A DNA stretch of 38,637 nt, from positions 1-38,637 of the forward strand of contig MU626441.1 in the NCBI GenBank assembly GCA_025603075.1, read 5' to 3'. Both the position numbers and the translations under genes were made by a program. The DNA comes from Neoconidiobolus thromboides FSU 785 (lineage: Eukaryota; Fungi; Entomophthoromycota). Below, piece after piece: positions 11,041 to 24,304 of this stretch. Below the pieces are notes generated by a model. That model had not been told where the DNA came from. It was given only the letters and a program-made list of their open reading frames with translations, and ran no database searches. How positions within the stretch are numbered: position 1 is the stretch's first letter; each line of letters begins with the position of its first letter.

Positions 11041-12649
11041 AGTACTGGAATATCACTCTAACTCTTTGAATAATTCAACTTCCTTTTCGACCATCCCGTT
11101 TTGCTACAAAAATAAGTTTTTTTATATTAAAATTGTTTGTTACTTTTTGATCTTAGTTTCCTCAGCCTGCGATTAATAGCTGCTTTATGAATACATTTTT
11201 AAGATAAATTGATCTTTGTTTGTGGTATGAGTAAAATTTAAAATCGCAAAAAAGAATAGCATGAATATTTTAAAAATGTTAAAAATTTTCTAGAGTGTTA
11301 TTGGAGGTAAGAATTTGAAAAAGTTTTAAAGCTTAAATTGCAATCAGAATAATAGCATCATAATTTGAGCCTTGAAGCTTTTATGATGACAATCCTTCGA
11401 TATTATAAGTATTTTCCCTTTTTCTTTTGTATAAAATATCATCACAGCCTTTTGGTCTGATAAATTTTCGAAAATACAAAAACATAAGAATACCGTGTAT
11501 GAGTAACTGTATAGCAAAACTCTACAAAAAATTAAAGGTTTTATTTAAATCCACACTCATTGTTATTATTTACTTTTAGTATTTTTCTGACTTTACATTT
11601 CAATTAAAATAGCTCACTTTGACTTTATCACCAAGTATAAAACTTCAACAGATGTTATAAAGTTTGATAAGTTATCATAATTGTAATACTCATAAATAGA
11701 TGCATAACGCTATATCAAGTCTATAAACTGGCATTATAGTTCTCAATATAAAAGCAAGGATTGTTTGAAGCTATATTTCGAATATTTGGATCAAAAAAGA
11801 CCATATTACTAAATTTATAAAATAAGGTGCAGATTTTAATAACTCAAAGAATAAATAAATAAACAAAAAGTAAAAATATTTCTTTAAAAATAATGTTTAA
11901 ACAACTTAACAATGTTGCTGTTATTACTATATATACTATTTACTAACTAATAGTAGCGTATGTACTACAAACTACTATCATTATTTTTCCTTTTTCTGCT
12001 AAATAGAAGATTTACGCTTCAGTGTCATATTATCATCATAAAGTTAAAAATAAATTTTTTATTTGAACATCTAATCATTTCCCTGGTCAGCTGATAGAGT
12101 AATCTATCATTGAGAATCATCAGATAAACAACTCATTGTATGTAAAATGAAATAGGGGAGACAATTTATTATATGGCAATAAAGATAAGATACGGTTATT
12201 AATAAAAAAACATAACACTTATTAAAAGAGATAACCACTATGATATGCTATGGGGGTATGTGTTGACTTATAAACGTTTTCTTATAAATAAAGAACTATT
12301 TTTATTTTACAATGAGTTCGATTTATAATAATGAAATAATAAAAATGAATTATTACCTTTGTGCCCAGTACCAGTATCGCTTATTAATTGAGATTAGTTT
12401 ATTTTTTAAACTTGTTCTTAAAACTAAAAAACCAAAATTAAGGATAGTTAATAATAAAGAAATAAATATGTTTAAGCTATAGCTGATAGTATTTAATCTA
12501 TCAAATATGATATTGGCTATTTATTCAATTCAATATAATTATATTCGAGTAATAATAAAAATAATATATATGTAATACAAAGTATATAAATCATATCTTC
12601 AAATTAGCCAAAATACTTGAAATATAAATCAGGAGAAACCTTAAGAGAA

Positions 12650-12681
12650 GGGAGAAATCGATGAGGGAACTGGGAAAAGGG
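12650..12681 (+). other. Potential G-quadruplex motif (G3-N12-G3-N4-G3-N4-G3)
   Basis: GGGAGAAATCGATGAGGGAACTGGGAAAAGGG in otherwise AT-rich intergenic DNA, about 330 nt upstream of the deacetylase ATG. Confidence 0.45.
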
Positions 12682-13011
12682 AGCAGATGAATGACCTTAT
12701 ATAGTAATATGTTATTTTTAAATCTCAACAAAATTTAACCTCGAAAACCATTTAATTCATTACAGACCAATGAAATGAATGGCTGAGAAGTAAAACTTAA
12801 ATCACATTTATTTAAATACTCATCAAAGTTTTATAAAAGCTTTTTATTTCTTTTTTTATTATACATTTTTAAAAGGTAAGTTCAATTTCCTTAAGTTTTA
12901 GTCAACTAAACGTTCACATTATAAATTATGTTGGTCAGAATAATTATACATCTACCACCCTAGTAATTAACTAATACTAATCATCTTGTTGTATCTAGTT
13001 ATAAAGCAACA

Positions 13012-14594
13012 ATGACACGACCAGCCATGGAATTGAACAATAGTCCAACTGGAGACATGCAAGACAAAATCATAAAGATATATAACGGTCGTATATTGAG
13101 AGACCACAAGATCATTGAGGATGATTATTTATGGTTAAGAAATGGCAAAATTTTAGACCCAACCTTATTGTTTTGGGATGAACAAAAGAATCCTGATTAT
13201 CTTATTGATGCTAAGGGTGCTTTGATCGTACCTGGTTATATTGAGTTGCAGCTAAATGGTTAGTTTTTTTTGAAGTGAAGATTGAAGTAGCCTAATTTTA
13301 ATATTTTAGGCGCTTTTGGTGTTGATTTTACTGGTGACTGCGGAAATTTAAAGGAAGGTTTACATAAAGTTTCTTTGGGATTATTGAAGCAGGGTGTCAC
13401 TGCTTATTGCCCAACTATTGTTAGTTCGCGTGCAGATGTTTATGAAAAAGTAAATTTTATTTATTTGTTCTATAATAGCTTTTGCTAATTTTTTTATTAA
13501 GGTATTACCACATACTGTCCCAAGGAAAGGAAGTGCTAAGGATGGTGCTGAAATTTTGGGTAAATATTAATTAGTCAAATTTTATTTTCTATCATCACTA
13601 TGAAATCATAACATTTATATTAATATTCTATTATAGGTGCCCATCTTGAAGGTCCGTTTATAAGTGGAGATAAATACGGTGCTCATGAGGTAGCTACTTT
13701 ACAAAATGCTAATGATGGCATCGATGCTTTAAACGGGTTATATGGCTTAAATAAACATGATGATAGATCCGTAGCTATTGTCACTATGGCACCAGATGTT
13801 GATGGTGTTATGGAAGTTATACCTGAACTTGCTAAAAGAGTGCCTATCGTTGCTATTGGTAAGAAATAAATATAATGGTATGATCATAGTTTTGTTAATT
13901 GAATTATTAGGTCATTCGGCTGCTACTACTAGCCAATCGGAAAATGCTGTCAGACAAGGTGTAAGTAGCTCTATTTTTATTGGTTTATTAAATATTAACT
14001 CTATTTATAGGCTACCATGGTAACTCATATGTTTAACGCTATGCAACAATTCCACCATCGTGATCCAGGTATGATTGGGTTACTAGGTTCCTCGGCAGTA
14101 GAACGCCCCTATTATGGTATTATTTGTGATGGAATTCATGTACATCCAAATTCAATAAAAATTGCCTACTATTCTCATCCAAAAGGGGCTGTATTGGTTA
14201 CTGATGCTATGGCAGCTATGGGTTTACCTGAGGGCAATTATATATTGGGGAATATGAATGTTGAAGTTAACTCGGAAGGAGTCTACATCGCAGGAACTAA
14301 AACATTGGCTGGAAGGTAAATATATGATGTAGCAATGATAATTATTGTATTTATTATTTTAATAGTGTAATAAAAATGGATGACTGTGTAAGAAACTTCC
14401 AAAAGTTTACAGGATGTTCGATTGTAGAAGCAATTGAAGCCGCTACTTTACATCCAGCAGAAGCAATGAAAATAACCGATAAGAAAGGCTCACTTAATTT
14501 TGGTTGTGATGCGGATATCTTATTTTTAAATGATAAATTAGAAATTCAAAGAGTGTTTGTTAATGGAGAAGAAGCTAATATTCATTCCAATTAA
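13012..14594 (+). CDS. DAC1: N-acetylglucosamine-6-phosphate deacetylase (NagA/AMDHD2 family), 7 exons
   Basis: Motifs PGYIELQLNG|AFGVDF, GAHLEGPF, VTMAP, GHS, THMFNAM, ICDGIHVH, VTDAM, TLAGS and ATLHPA. Introns 13259-13309, 13450-13501, 13560-13636, 13859-13910, 13961-14010 and 14316-14365, all GT-AG and frame-restoring. Confidence 0.97.
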
Positions 14595-14806
14595 TAAGTA
14601 AAATTCATTCTTCTTTCTTTCCCTCACACTTTAATCTTCAATTTTATATTATTGTTTATTTACTAATAAACTAAAATTAACAATTTCATCATTGTTATTA
14701 TACTCCTTTAAAATATATATAATCAAATGCAAAAATATTATCATTTATACTATATAATAATTCATTAAATGCTAATAAGCAATAAATAACAATTTAATCA
14801 TATAAC

Positions 14807-15517
14807 TTAATCCTTTGGTAATTTGATCACTAATGGGGCAATGTAGGGTAGAGAAACAGCATTTAATCGACGGAAAGACTAAGAAATGAAGTATTATAAG
14901 TAAAATTGCGAATGAAATACGAAACTTACACTCCAAGTGAAACCAATAAGACCATGAAATTTATCAAACAAAGTAGAGTGATACCAATAATCCCCATGAT
15001 AAATAATCTTACCTTTATTATTCAACAGTACTCTAACTTGAGACCTTACAGGGATGGGTATATAAAAAGGAGCCAAATAATAAGTTTGATTTAGGTCAAG
15101 CACCAATTCATTATCAGTAACACTCAAAACATTCATCTGTGTGGTTTCAGATCTTGGGAATACTTTTGGCATCATACTAAATTGTACCAAGAGCTCCTTC
15201 TTATTAGAAGCGTTACATATGGGGTCTTCAAAACTTAAAATAATAAGTCGATAAATACTTAAAGTAAAAATAGTCAAACTACATTGCTTCATCATCATAC
15301 ATATCAAAATATTCACTTTTAGGACGACATTGATATAGCTTGTAAACAAATGTCAAGTTTCTTTATAAAAAATTTAAGTATCCTTTACCTCAAGTAATTT
15401 TTCAATGATCTCTATTTTATCTTTAGATAACTCACTTAATTTTATTGAGTTCTTTAATTGTCTTTCAAGTTGTGGATTATTGTACAATACTAGCCGATTC
15501 ATAAGTTGACTTATCAT
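14807..15517 (-). CDS. SnoaL/NTF2-like domain protein, 4 exons
   Basis: Spliced product MISQLMNRLVLYNNPQ...LLE|LYQCRPKSEYFDMYDDEAI|FEDPICNASNKKELLVQF...KIIYHGDYW...WS|SFRRLNA...KLPKD*. The YDDEAIFEDP and IxxHxDYW patterns are typical of SnoaL-like folds. Confidence 0.75.
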
Positions 15518-15990
15518 TTTATTATTTATTGAAATAAAAGTAAAAATAAGAAAAAAAGATAAAAAGATAAAGTTTACGTCATTCTTTCAAATGTTAACTT
15601 TGTTTAGCAAAAAATTCGTATTTAAATTCAGACTGCATAATAAAATAACAAATAACAACAACACTCAAAGGCATATCTTGTTTAATTAAATTTAATTATT
15701 AATAACTTAATATACTTTAATTCTATATAACAAATAATTGAATTGATCAACCAATTAAACTTCTTATACTAAGTCTCCCTTATTTTGTATTCAAAATTTA
15801 TGATATATAAAATATTAAACAAAGATTAATTTATATAAATACTATTAACATTAATATTATCAAGTAAAAAAAACAAGATGTAAAACTATAGTCAAATTTT
15901 ATTTTATTGTCGTTTTTTTAAAGATTAAATTTATATATATATAATTCCCACTTAACTCTGAACCTCACCTCTACTATATTAAATAAATAC

Positions 15991-17334
15991 TTAACTATAA
16001 TTTGCTTTAAATCTAATGGAAGGTAGCATTTCCTTTCTATCTTCAAAGCTGGGGTACTGGATGGGTGGTAGTTTTAAACTAAGATCCATATTAGGTATTG
16101 AATTATTTACTGCTAATGGTACAGCCGTAGTTGGAGTTGGTAAAAAATTGCATGATTCATTAGGTACATTTGAACGTAAAGTAAACTGAGCTCTCAATGG
16201 TAGCTCTTTTCCTTTAGGCATTGATAATGGAGCCGATAATGGGCCCTCCACATTTGAAGGTATAAAAGGAATTGAAGTGTTGATGGTATGTTGATGACTA
16301 TTTACTGTAAAACCATTATTATTAAGGTTGGAAGTATTATGATTTTGATTATGATTTTGATTATGATTTTGATTATGATTGAGTGTTTGATTTCTATCTT
16401 CTGAAGAAACATTAAGAGATAATTGAGAACTCTTTTTACGTGGTTCTCTTTTATTTGTTCTTCGCCTGTAAAGCGTTGAATTGGAGTTTGATAATTCTCG
16501 TATTTTAGTTCCAGAATTAATACCCCCGTTTGAAGCAATTTGATTGATTGAGGGAAGGGTGAATGGTGCGTTGCCTGGAGTATTACTTGGCAGTACGACT
16601 GGGGATAGCTGTAAATTTGAACCTTTTTTCCTTAAACTGCGCATCTCATGCGAAATGGGCGACCCTGTAATTTCGTTTGGAAACCTTGAATTAGTTGGAG
16701 TGCAACACATGGGTGGAAACACAGCTGATTTCGGAGTAGAGGGGAAATTAGAAGGTAGTGGTGATAAGATAGTAGATTGAGAGTTGGCCGAAGGTAGATG
16801 AGCAAAAGAACGAAATTGAAACAAAAGTTCAATAATAGTAATGTTCAAATCATAATTTAAATAGTAAAAGAATTGCTTTTCAAATGCATTGATTTCGGTT
16901 AAAGAAAATATTTTTGCATAAGTTGCCCAATGCTTATTCTTGGGAGACGCATCATTAAGAAATTTACCTGCTAATAATAAGCTAGCTAACAAAGCTGCTT
17001 GAGGTGCGTCTGGTCGCGTAAAGCTAATGGCAGGTACAGCACATTTTAAACGTTCAAGATAGACCATAGCACCGAATAAAGTGGACGCTTGTACTCTTGA
17101 CCCGTTAATTAAATTTAATATAAAATTGTGTATTTGATGGTCTCCACTTAACGATAAAGAGTCAAAAGGGGTTGAAGGCGGTGAGTCATAGTTGGAGAGG
17201 ATTGGATTCCTTATAGCAAGAACAGCTTTATTAGCTAAGGTATCTACAAAATTGGAAGTAATAGGCATCCTTAAGAAGTTTTTAAATTGATTAAACTCAG
17301 ACGTCTTTTCAATATCCTTATTAAATAACATCAT
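15991..17334 (-). CDS. Pho85/Pcl-type cyclin (N-terminal cyclin box, long low-complexity tail)
   Basis: Cyclin-box motif AMVYLERL...LLASLLLAGKFLNDASPKNKHWATYAKIFSLTEINAFEKQFFYYLNYDL; single-exon 447-aa ORF. Confidence 0.9.
   Translation of the reverse strand: MMLFNKDIEKTSEFNQFKNFLRMPITSNFVDTLANKAVLAIRNPILSNYDSPPSTPFDSLSLSGDHQIHNFILNLINGSRVQASTLFGAMVYLERLKCAVPAISFTRPDAPQAALLASLLLAGKFLNDASPKNKHWATYAKIFSLTEINAFEKQFFYYLNYDLNITIIELLFQFRSFAHLPSANSQSTILSPLPSNFPSTPKSAVFPPMCCTPTNSRFPNEITGSPISHEMRSLRKKGSNLQLSPVVLPSNTPGNAPFTLPSINQIASNGGINSGTKIRELSNSNSTLYRRRTNKREPRKKSSQLSLNVSSEDRNQTLNHNQNHNQNHNQNHNTSNLNNNGFTVNSHQHTINTSIPFIPSNVEGPLSAPLSMPKGKELPLRAQFTLRSNVPNESCNFLPTPTTAVPLAVNNSIPNMDLSLKLPPIQYPSFEDRKEMLPSIRFKANYS
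16336..16380. repeat. 12-bp coding tandem repeat (~3.75 copies) encoding NHNQ
   Basis: ATTATGATTTTG x3 plus a partial copy; the protein reads NHNQNHNQNHNQNHN. Confidence 0.95.
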
Positions 17335-18575
17335 GATGGAATATTAAAAAGAAAACAAAATTAAAAGAAGAAAAAATGATTAATTCATTTTGTAGTAATA
17401 GTATTACTATTAGGATGAATACCATCAAGCTTTTTAATCAATTAGTTTTATTCATTTGATTTATATTTAGAAATATTATTATACAAGATTAAGTTACTAG
17501 CACCAACTATAATCAATCATAGCAAAGTATTCTATTAATATTCAATATATTATTCGTTATTTTCAATTTGGTAATAGTTACGATTAATAAATTGCTTTTA
17601 AGTACCATTAATAAATTAAAATGCTTAATTTATGGTATCTTCAAGGGTCAAAATAAAAAAACAGGAATCATTATTGGTTGAAATATCATATTAAATTTAA
17701 ATTATTGCTCAAAACTAATTTATAACAAACATTTTAGCTTGTTATTTATCAAATTTAGGCTATTAAAAAACATTCTTTTGGGCAGTTCTAGTATTATGTA
17801 AAATAGCAAATTAGCCTTTAAATAATTTATTAAATTAATCATTCATTTTTGATTATAGTTAACAAAGGTGGTAATTTAACAATAAATTAAAACATTCACT
17901 CTTGATAAGCTTATATCACCTTTGTAGCTATTTAATAGCTCATGCTTGTATAGTTCATAATCTATTGAAGAAATTATTTTACCTACTATTTCATACTTTC
18001 TTACATTTGTTTTTATATCTTGAACGAATAAGATATCAAATTGTTATTATACAAATGCTAAATAATAAACTTAATTTAGGTAACATTCTTAAGACACAAA
18101 ATTAAAGCGTAGAAAAAACATTAACCATTTATTCGCAATGATTAAATCACCACAAAAAGACAACTATTAAAATTAACTCATTTTAATACAGAGTTATTTT
18201 CAAATGTTATATTGTTTCTATATATCCCTTTTATTTATCGTAATATAAACAAAAGAAGTTCAAAATGCTTTTATATTTTATTTTGTAGATCTTTATTAAA
18301 TCATAAAGCTCGGCTAGCAATCAATTAATAGAACATTAATTCAATAACCTCTATAAAAATAAGGTAATTTTTGCTATTAAGTCATTCCTCAATTTCTATC
18401 TTGCTCCAAAACCACCTTAGGAATACATAATAATATATAGCCACATTACAAAAACGGTGGTAACTAATACCACTGGCTGTATGACTAATTAATAACATCA
18501 ATATATATATATAACCCATTAAGAACTAAAGACAGTTTTAGAACTTAATCAAATGTAAAATTGCAGTATATCATA

Positions 18576-18676
18576 TAGGGAGTGCTTTTTTGGCTTCACT
18601 TTTTTCATTTTTAAGTACTATTTGAGTGGAAAGGTTATCTATCAGTAAAATTCTTAAATAAAAAAATACATCTCTG
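18576..18676 (-). mobile_element. ~100-bp MITE, copy C (reverse, degenerate)
   Basis: TA|TAGGGAGTGCTTTTTTGGCTTCA...AAGTACTATTTGAGTGGAAAGG...CAGTAAAATTCTTAAATAAAAAAATACATCTCTG; the reverse complement aligns with A and B. Confidence 0.8.
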
Positions 18677-19391
18677 TGGTTTTTTTTAGTGATAATGCTT
18701 ATTCCTCTGAATAAAGCAGCTTTTAATCATTACATGAGTATAAAGTTAAAATTTAATATATTTTTACATAGATGTCTATGTCTAATAAGGTAAGTAAAAA
18801 TGAAACAGAGAATATTTCTTGTTCATGCTATTTTTAATTAGATTTGTACTTTTAGTTAAAAATGATAATAATACGCACCATTTAATATTTTAACAATAGT
18901 AAGTATTTCGAAATTAAAAGCATTTTCATTCAATCATGATTGGGGTTTCAATACAATATTAAAATCAACTTATGTAAAAGCTATTGAGGTACAAATCAAT
19001 CTATAGATTTTTGTTTGAAGCAATAAGACAAAATAATAGAGTATATATATTAATTAAGTATTTAATTCGTTACTAACTTTATTAATTCTTGTGCTGATAA
19101 AATGTATTATTTAATGTGTCTTTATCTTTTTATGATGTATACTAAATTAAGGTTAAAAATTTATACTTTATTTTGATATTGATTTTTCAAGCAGTATTTA
19201 ATATTTTTCTTATTCATAGCACAATTTTAAGCATATACATAATCTTACTTCAGTATTAATTAAACTAATTTTAAATATATAAAGTATTTTTTTAATATAA
19301 ATTGGATCTGTTATTACCAGATACAGCAATTCATTTACTTAAAACGTTAATAACATTTTTGGCAATAGTGCTAGATAGAATTTTAAATATA

Positions 19392-19486
19392 TGGGGATAT
19401 ATTTTTAAGAATCTTACTAACAATCCTTCCGCTTAAATAGCGCTTAAAAGGTGGAAAAAGTAATGAAGCCAAAAAAATCATCCTCA
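19392..19486 (+). mobile_element. ~95-bp MITE, copy D (small internal deletion)
   Basis: TA|TGGGGATAT...TTCCGCTTAAATAGCGCTTAAAAGGTGGAAAAAGTAATGAAGCCAAAAAAATCATCCTCA|TA; right two-thirds nearly identical to copy B. Confidence 0.88.
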
Positions 19487-20293
19487 TATCATTTGTAATT
19501 TAAAGTATAGCACTAGAGCATATCTGATATTTGCTTCTTTATCTGCTAGTGATTTTGATAAAATATATTCGGATACATCGGAATTTTTAATCAGTAAAGT
19601 ACAGGAGCCAGTTTTTTAATATTTTAATATCTTTGATACTTAAGACAAAAGTATATTTTATCCTAAGTTCTAATATAGAAAGTGCAATTACCATCATTAC
19701 TTGAAGTGAATATAATTTCAATTTCAATTTTATTATTATCACTATTATTTATAAATTATTAATAGCAGGGTTAAGTGCGATTGTTTAGACTATGACTATA
19801 ACTAAAAAAATCAAACATTTAAGGATATTGAATTGGTATTAGAGTCAATGAAAGTTTCTAGGGGCAATTATGCTTTTTAATATAACTATCAATAAAATTT
19901 TAATTCAACGCCAGTATATATCATATAGTTATCACTTGGTAAAAATTGATTATTCTATTTGTTTTAATATGTATGTTTATTAAATGACTATAAAATGATA
20001 AATAATCAAACTTATTAAGATATGACTTATTTTGTTTAAACTCAATACATATACAATTGATTTCAAACGATCAAATCAAATTTCATAAAGCTTAAATTAC
20101 AACAACAATAAAATATTACAATTAAAACATACCTCTTTTTCAATAAATGTTTAAATCTTTTTAAAAGATTATTCGATCTTTTGAATTCTATTTATATTAT
20201 AACAATAATCAAACAAGCAGCTTATAGCTCATAACGTTCTATTTAATTTCCATTTTATTAATTTCCAATTTCCATCCAAACCATTTTCTTATT

Positions 20294-20611
20294 CTACTTA
20301 AAAAGTTTGCCCAATCGAAACAAGTGGTGATTAGTGTCATCTACTTTCTTGGTTTTTACCACCTAATTGAAATTAAAATTAAAATTTAATACGCTTTACA
20401 CCTTTTCTTATTGTAAATAAAAACTTACAGGTTTCATCATACAAAGTGATAAATTTTTTGCGGATTCAGAACATTTATTATGTTCTATGGCTAAACTGGA
20501 CCAACAATTTAATAAAGCTGCCATCTCGGCTAAACATGGGGCTGGTTCTGTGGTTTTCTTTGGTTTAACTTTTAGTTTTTTTAACTGAATTATTGAACTC
20601 GTTCTGGTCAT
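20294..20611 (-). CDS. MRP10: Mitochondrial small-subunit ribosomal protein mS37 (Mrp10/CHCHD1), 2 exons
   Basis: Basic N-terminus LKKLKVKPKK, twin Cx9C/Cx10C CHCH motif (PCLAEMAALLNCW...KCSESAKNLSLC). Intron 20363-20428 adds VVKTKKVDDTNHHLFRLGKLFK*. Confidence 0.85.
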
Positions 20612-21045
20612 CTTGGTTTTTAAAAAAATGTTGAGTTATTAGAAATTGCAAAGTTTTTGAAAACTTGACATTGATAAATCCCATAAATTATGAGCTTATC
20701 AGGATTTTATTGGTAGGAATTTATGCTAGCTAAATAGATCAATAGAGATAGTAAAAGTTTGTATTGATATTTTTTAATTATAATAAATGTTCTAATAATA
20801 TACTAATATTTTAAACCATTACTGCTATATCATAGATGATAGCTTTTTATTTACTGCCTTTCATTTGTTACTCTATTTTGAAGTTTTTTGATATGAAAGC
20901 AATAAAGTTTCATATGAAGTAATACTCATGATTTAAAAAGTAACCCTAAATACACTCAAAACTCTATAATAAATAATTTATTTGAAAAATAAAATGAAAA
21001 ACGGTTTTTACAAATTAATATTTTTTTAATTAATATATTGTTTTT

Positions 21046-22459
21046 TCAAAGTTCATCGAAAAAATCATTATTGTCAGTATTATTGAAATTGAGTTTAGCT
21101 TTAACTTTTTTCCCATTTTTAGTTTTAGGTTTCTCTTCATCGCTACTGTCCTCTTCAGAGCTTGAGTCTTTATCTTTTCTTTTACTCCTATTTTTGTCTT
21201 CCTTGTCTTCTACTTCTTCATTATCACTTTTATCATTATCTTCATTATCATTATCATTATCATTATCATCACTTCCTTCTTCTTCATCTCCTTCTTCATC
21301 TTTACCTTCTTCATCACTTTCATTAAATATATCTTTTATGTTCCAAAGTTTAATTGAATGATCATGAGAGCATGAGGCGAGTATTCCTTTATCTTTGGTT
21401 ATAGCTAACCTTTCTATGGGGAAATCATGGGCGCCAACTACACCTAACAGATCATTAGGATGCACAGAAACAAGTCGTATAATACCATCACTTGAACCTG
21501 TAATAATAGTGTCTTCATCAAACTTGACCATTGTTTCTACTGACTCTGGATGTCCAATAAATCTATCTTTAAAGTCACCCCAATCACCATAATTAAATAA
21601 ATCTAACACACCAGATTGAGTACCAACTACCAGTCTTTTACCTTCTTTAATTAAACTCATACTTAATAGTTCATCTTCTATTTGATCACTACGTGCATAT
21701 AATCTAATCTTACGTACATCCATTACTGAGAGGTAACCATCTCCTCCAATGGATATTAATTGACGTTCTCTGCCCATTATTAAACTAGTGATATAATCTT
21801 CATGTTCTTTATAGTGGATTGAACAAGTGTTTGTTCTAGTATCAAATAATTTAACAACGCCATCATCGTCTCCACAAGCTATTAAATTCTGTTGAATTGG
21901 TAGTAATGCGTTTATGGAAGTGTCAAAGGCGCCTTCTATTTTATTAACGATTTTACCAGTTTGCGTATCAGTAATAGAGTATGTTTTGTCTGAAGATACT
22001 GAATAGAATTCATTACCATCAATCGAAAATTTTACTCCACGAACACTTTCTTTATGAGTATAATTGTCTTTATATTTTAATACTGGATCTAAAGATCCAA
22101 AGCTATCCATTGTGTAGCCATGGCTATATTAAATAAATGAATATATTAATAAATAAATTGTACTACATTAAACTATATTGTATATTTATAACTTACCAAA
22201 ATATCTCACCGGATAACAACCCTGAGATTAAAATGTTTTCAGTTGGATGAAAATCGATGTCAAAAACTTGACCTCTAAATCTAATCTTATTTTTATCACA
22301 TTGTCCATGATCATATTCATATCTATCTTCATCAATTGTTAATTGTAATTCACTACTCTTTAATTCTTTTTCAATATCAATTAAACTACTTTTATCACTC
22401 AAAGTTAATGAATTATTATCACTTTCTTCTATGATTTCTGATGAATTCGAATCACTCAT
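21046..22459 (-). CDS. JIP5: WD40 protein JIP5/WDR55 (ribosome biogenesis), intron 22124-22196
   Basis: Motifs FDIDFHP, IACGDDDGVVKLFDTR, HEDYIT, GGDGYLSVMDVRK, SDQIEDELLS, GSSDGIIR and SCSHDHSIKLWN, plus an acidic tail ending FFDEL. The start could alternatively be 22465. Confidence 0.9.
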
Positions 22460-22735
22460 TTTCATTGAAAAAGAATAAAAAAAGATACAATAATTCAGTT
22501 CAAAATTTCTGCATACAAAAACCAAATTTGGAATCTGACTTTAAAAAAATTTACTAATTTGTTGAGCTGGAAAAATATTTTTCTTTCAGGTTTAGGATCT
22601 CAAAATAAGCATTCTACTTTATAAAAAGTAACTTAGAAAAATAGAATATATATAGGATTTCATTTAGGTAAAGTCCTTTAATTACCATCATATGTTTGAT
22701 AACAGCTCTTATCTAGCCCGTTATTTTAAATTTTG

Positions 22736-24304
22736 ATGAGAAGAGAAGAGAAGGACGTAACTAAATACAATCGAGGTAGATTCAAAAAAAGCGAAAGCAA
22801 TCGAGAAGGCTATAGCAATGAAGATGTATCATCAAACAAGTTCAAAGGACTAGAGATTAAAATTAAAAAGTTTGAAAAAGCTGTATTATTACACTTAGAG
22901 GTAAGTATTCAAAATAATACAAGTTGTAAACTTAAAGCACAAACACGTGACATTAATTTATATACACCATCAATAAGCTTAAAAAAAAATCCTTTTAGAA
23001 ATAAAGAACAACATCAATTTATTGATTTACTAGTAGAAATATTTTTAAAATATCTTAATAATAATGTTATGTTTATCAGCGATTCTAAAATTAGAGAATT
23101 AATAAAACATGGCAAACGAGACTCACCTTTAATCATTGCTTGCTGTAGTTTATCCTTTCCTTTTTCAACGAATCTAACTTTTGGAAAATGTTTATTATTC
23201 AAAGATAACTATTTTTATTTTAAACTTAAAAGGATAGCTGAAGATTTAAGTGGAAAAGATTATTTACACAATTCGTTTCTGCTTCAAGTTTGTTATTTAA
23301 TTGAATTCAATCAAGGATACAATGATATTGCTTTTAAATCATGTATCAAAGGAATAAAGTTAATGCATGCCTCAGGACTTGTTAATGAAATAATGGGCAA
23401 AGCGCTTTTAAAAAATAGAGATGATTTTAGTTTAGACCGTAGTATCTTGTGGAATTATTGGATCAATTGTGAGCTTTTAGGTGTGAGGAATAATAATAAT
23501 TATATATTATATAAACCAAAACCTTTAAATCTTTGTTCGATCCTGGGCAATTTGACATTTACTATAGTAGCGAACGAGGTACTTTTATCATCTTAAATAC
23601 TTTAGCATTAACCAACTATCTTTTAGCCTATAGAAAATGAACTAAAGAAATTAAAACTTTTGTATATTTTTAGTTTAGAAACATTTCGACATATTTCAAT
23701 GGTTCAATTTACGGTTGGGAAAAATATAGATATATCTGATGAAATTGCTCAACAAAGTCATCGAGTTTATGATTCAATGTATAAAATGCATCTAAAAAAT
23801 CGCAAGTGGTTTCAAGGAATTAGAGATAGGTACGGGTCACCATTATTAAAACACCCACTTTTTTATCAAATTACGCCACAACTATTGTTAAATTTTGCAC
23901 AATTATTTCTCTTTACACAAAGTCTAAGTTATGCTGAAAAAGCCTATAGTTTAGATTTTAGAGTATCTAAAGAATATCCTTCAATCAAAGAAATAGCATT
24001 TGAACTTTTAGAGATCTTGAATCATTTAAAAAACTTTTCAAAGGTTAGGGAGCCCCATGTACCTTCTAACATCTTCTTGTACACTAGTGTTATTTATGCG
24101 ATTTCTTTTTACTATGGTTGCAGTGTTTTCGTACGTGATTATACTCCTGAAGGTAGTTTACTGTTCTTAAGAACGCTTGAAACTTTGCGAGCTATTTCTA
24201 ATTATTATGGTACAGTTGATTATTGGATCTTAATGCTATTGAAAGAAAGAAAGGATAATCAATCTTATCATTCGCCTCCTCTTGGAAAAAATAGTCAAAA
24301 ATAG
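22736..24304 (+). CDS. Fungal transcription-factor middle-homology (Fungal_trans-like) protein, paralog 1; no Zn2Cys6 cluster seen; intron 23579-23626
   Basis: FIDLLVEIFLKYLNNNVMFI...PLIIACCSLSFPFS resembles the fungal TF MHR. Exons of 843 and 678 nt give 506 aa. Probable 5'UTR intron at 22668-22716. Confidence 0.7.

Noticed and set aside
10931-11176. 81-aa plus-strand ORF
   Set aside because: TTG start, antisense to the pseudogene remnant, no motifs.
13012-14594. Possible GlcNAc catabolic cluster (DAC1 with NAG1/HXK1/NGT1)
   Set aside because: No deaminase, hexokinase or transporter gene is adjacent in this window.
16302-16832. ORFs 16302..16538, 16544..16780 and 16632..16832
   Set aside because: Shadows of the cyclin CDS; the IIIK repeat is the NHNQ repeat read in another frame.
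17902-18105. 67-aa intergenic ORF; similarly 24356..24553 and 31319..31585
   Set aside because: TTG starts or low-complexity AT-derived composition (F/L/I/K/N), with no splice-supported extension or motif.
21038-21361. Ser/Leu-rich ORF, and the Trp/His-rich ORF at 33162..33392
   Set aside because: Antisense readings of the acidic JIP5 tail and of the Pro-rich U1A extension.
23533-23550. GTTCGATCC resembling a tRNA T-loop
   Set aside because: Lies inside a coding exon, and no acceptor stem or D-arm could be built. No tRNA, rRNA or CRISPR array was found in the window.
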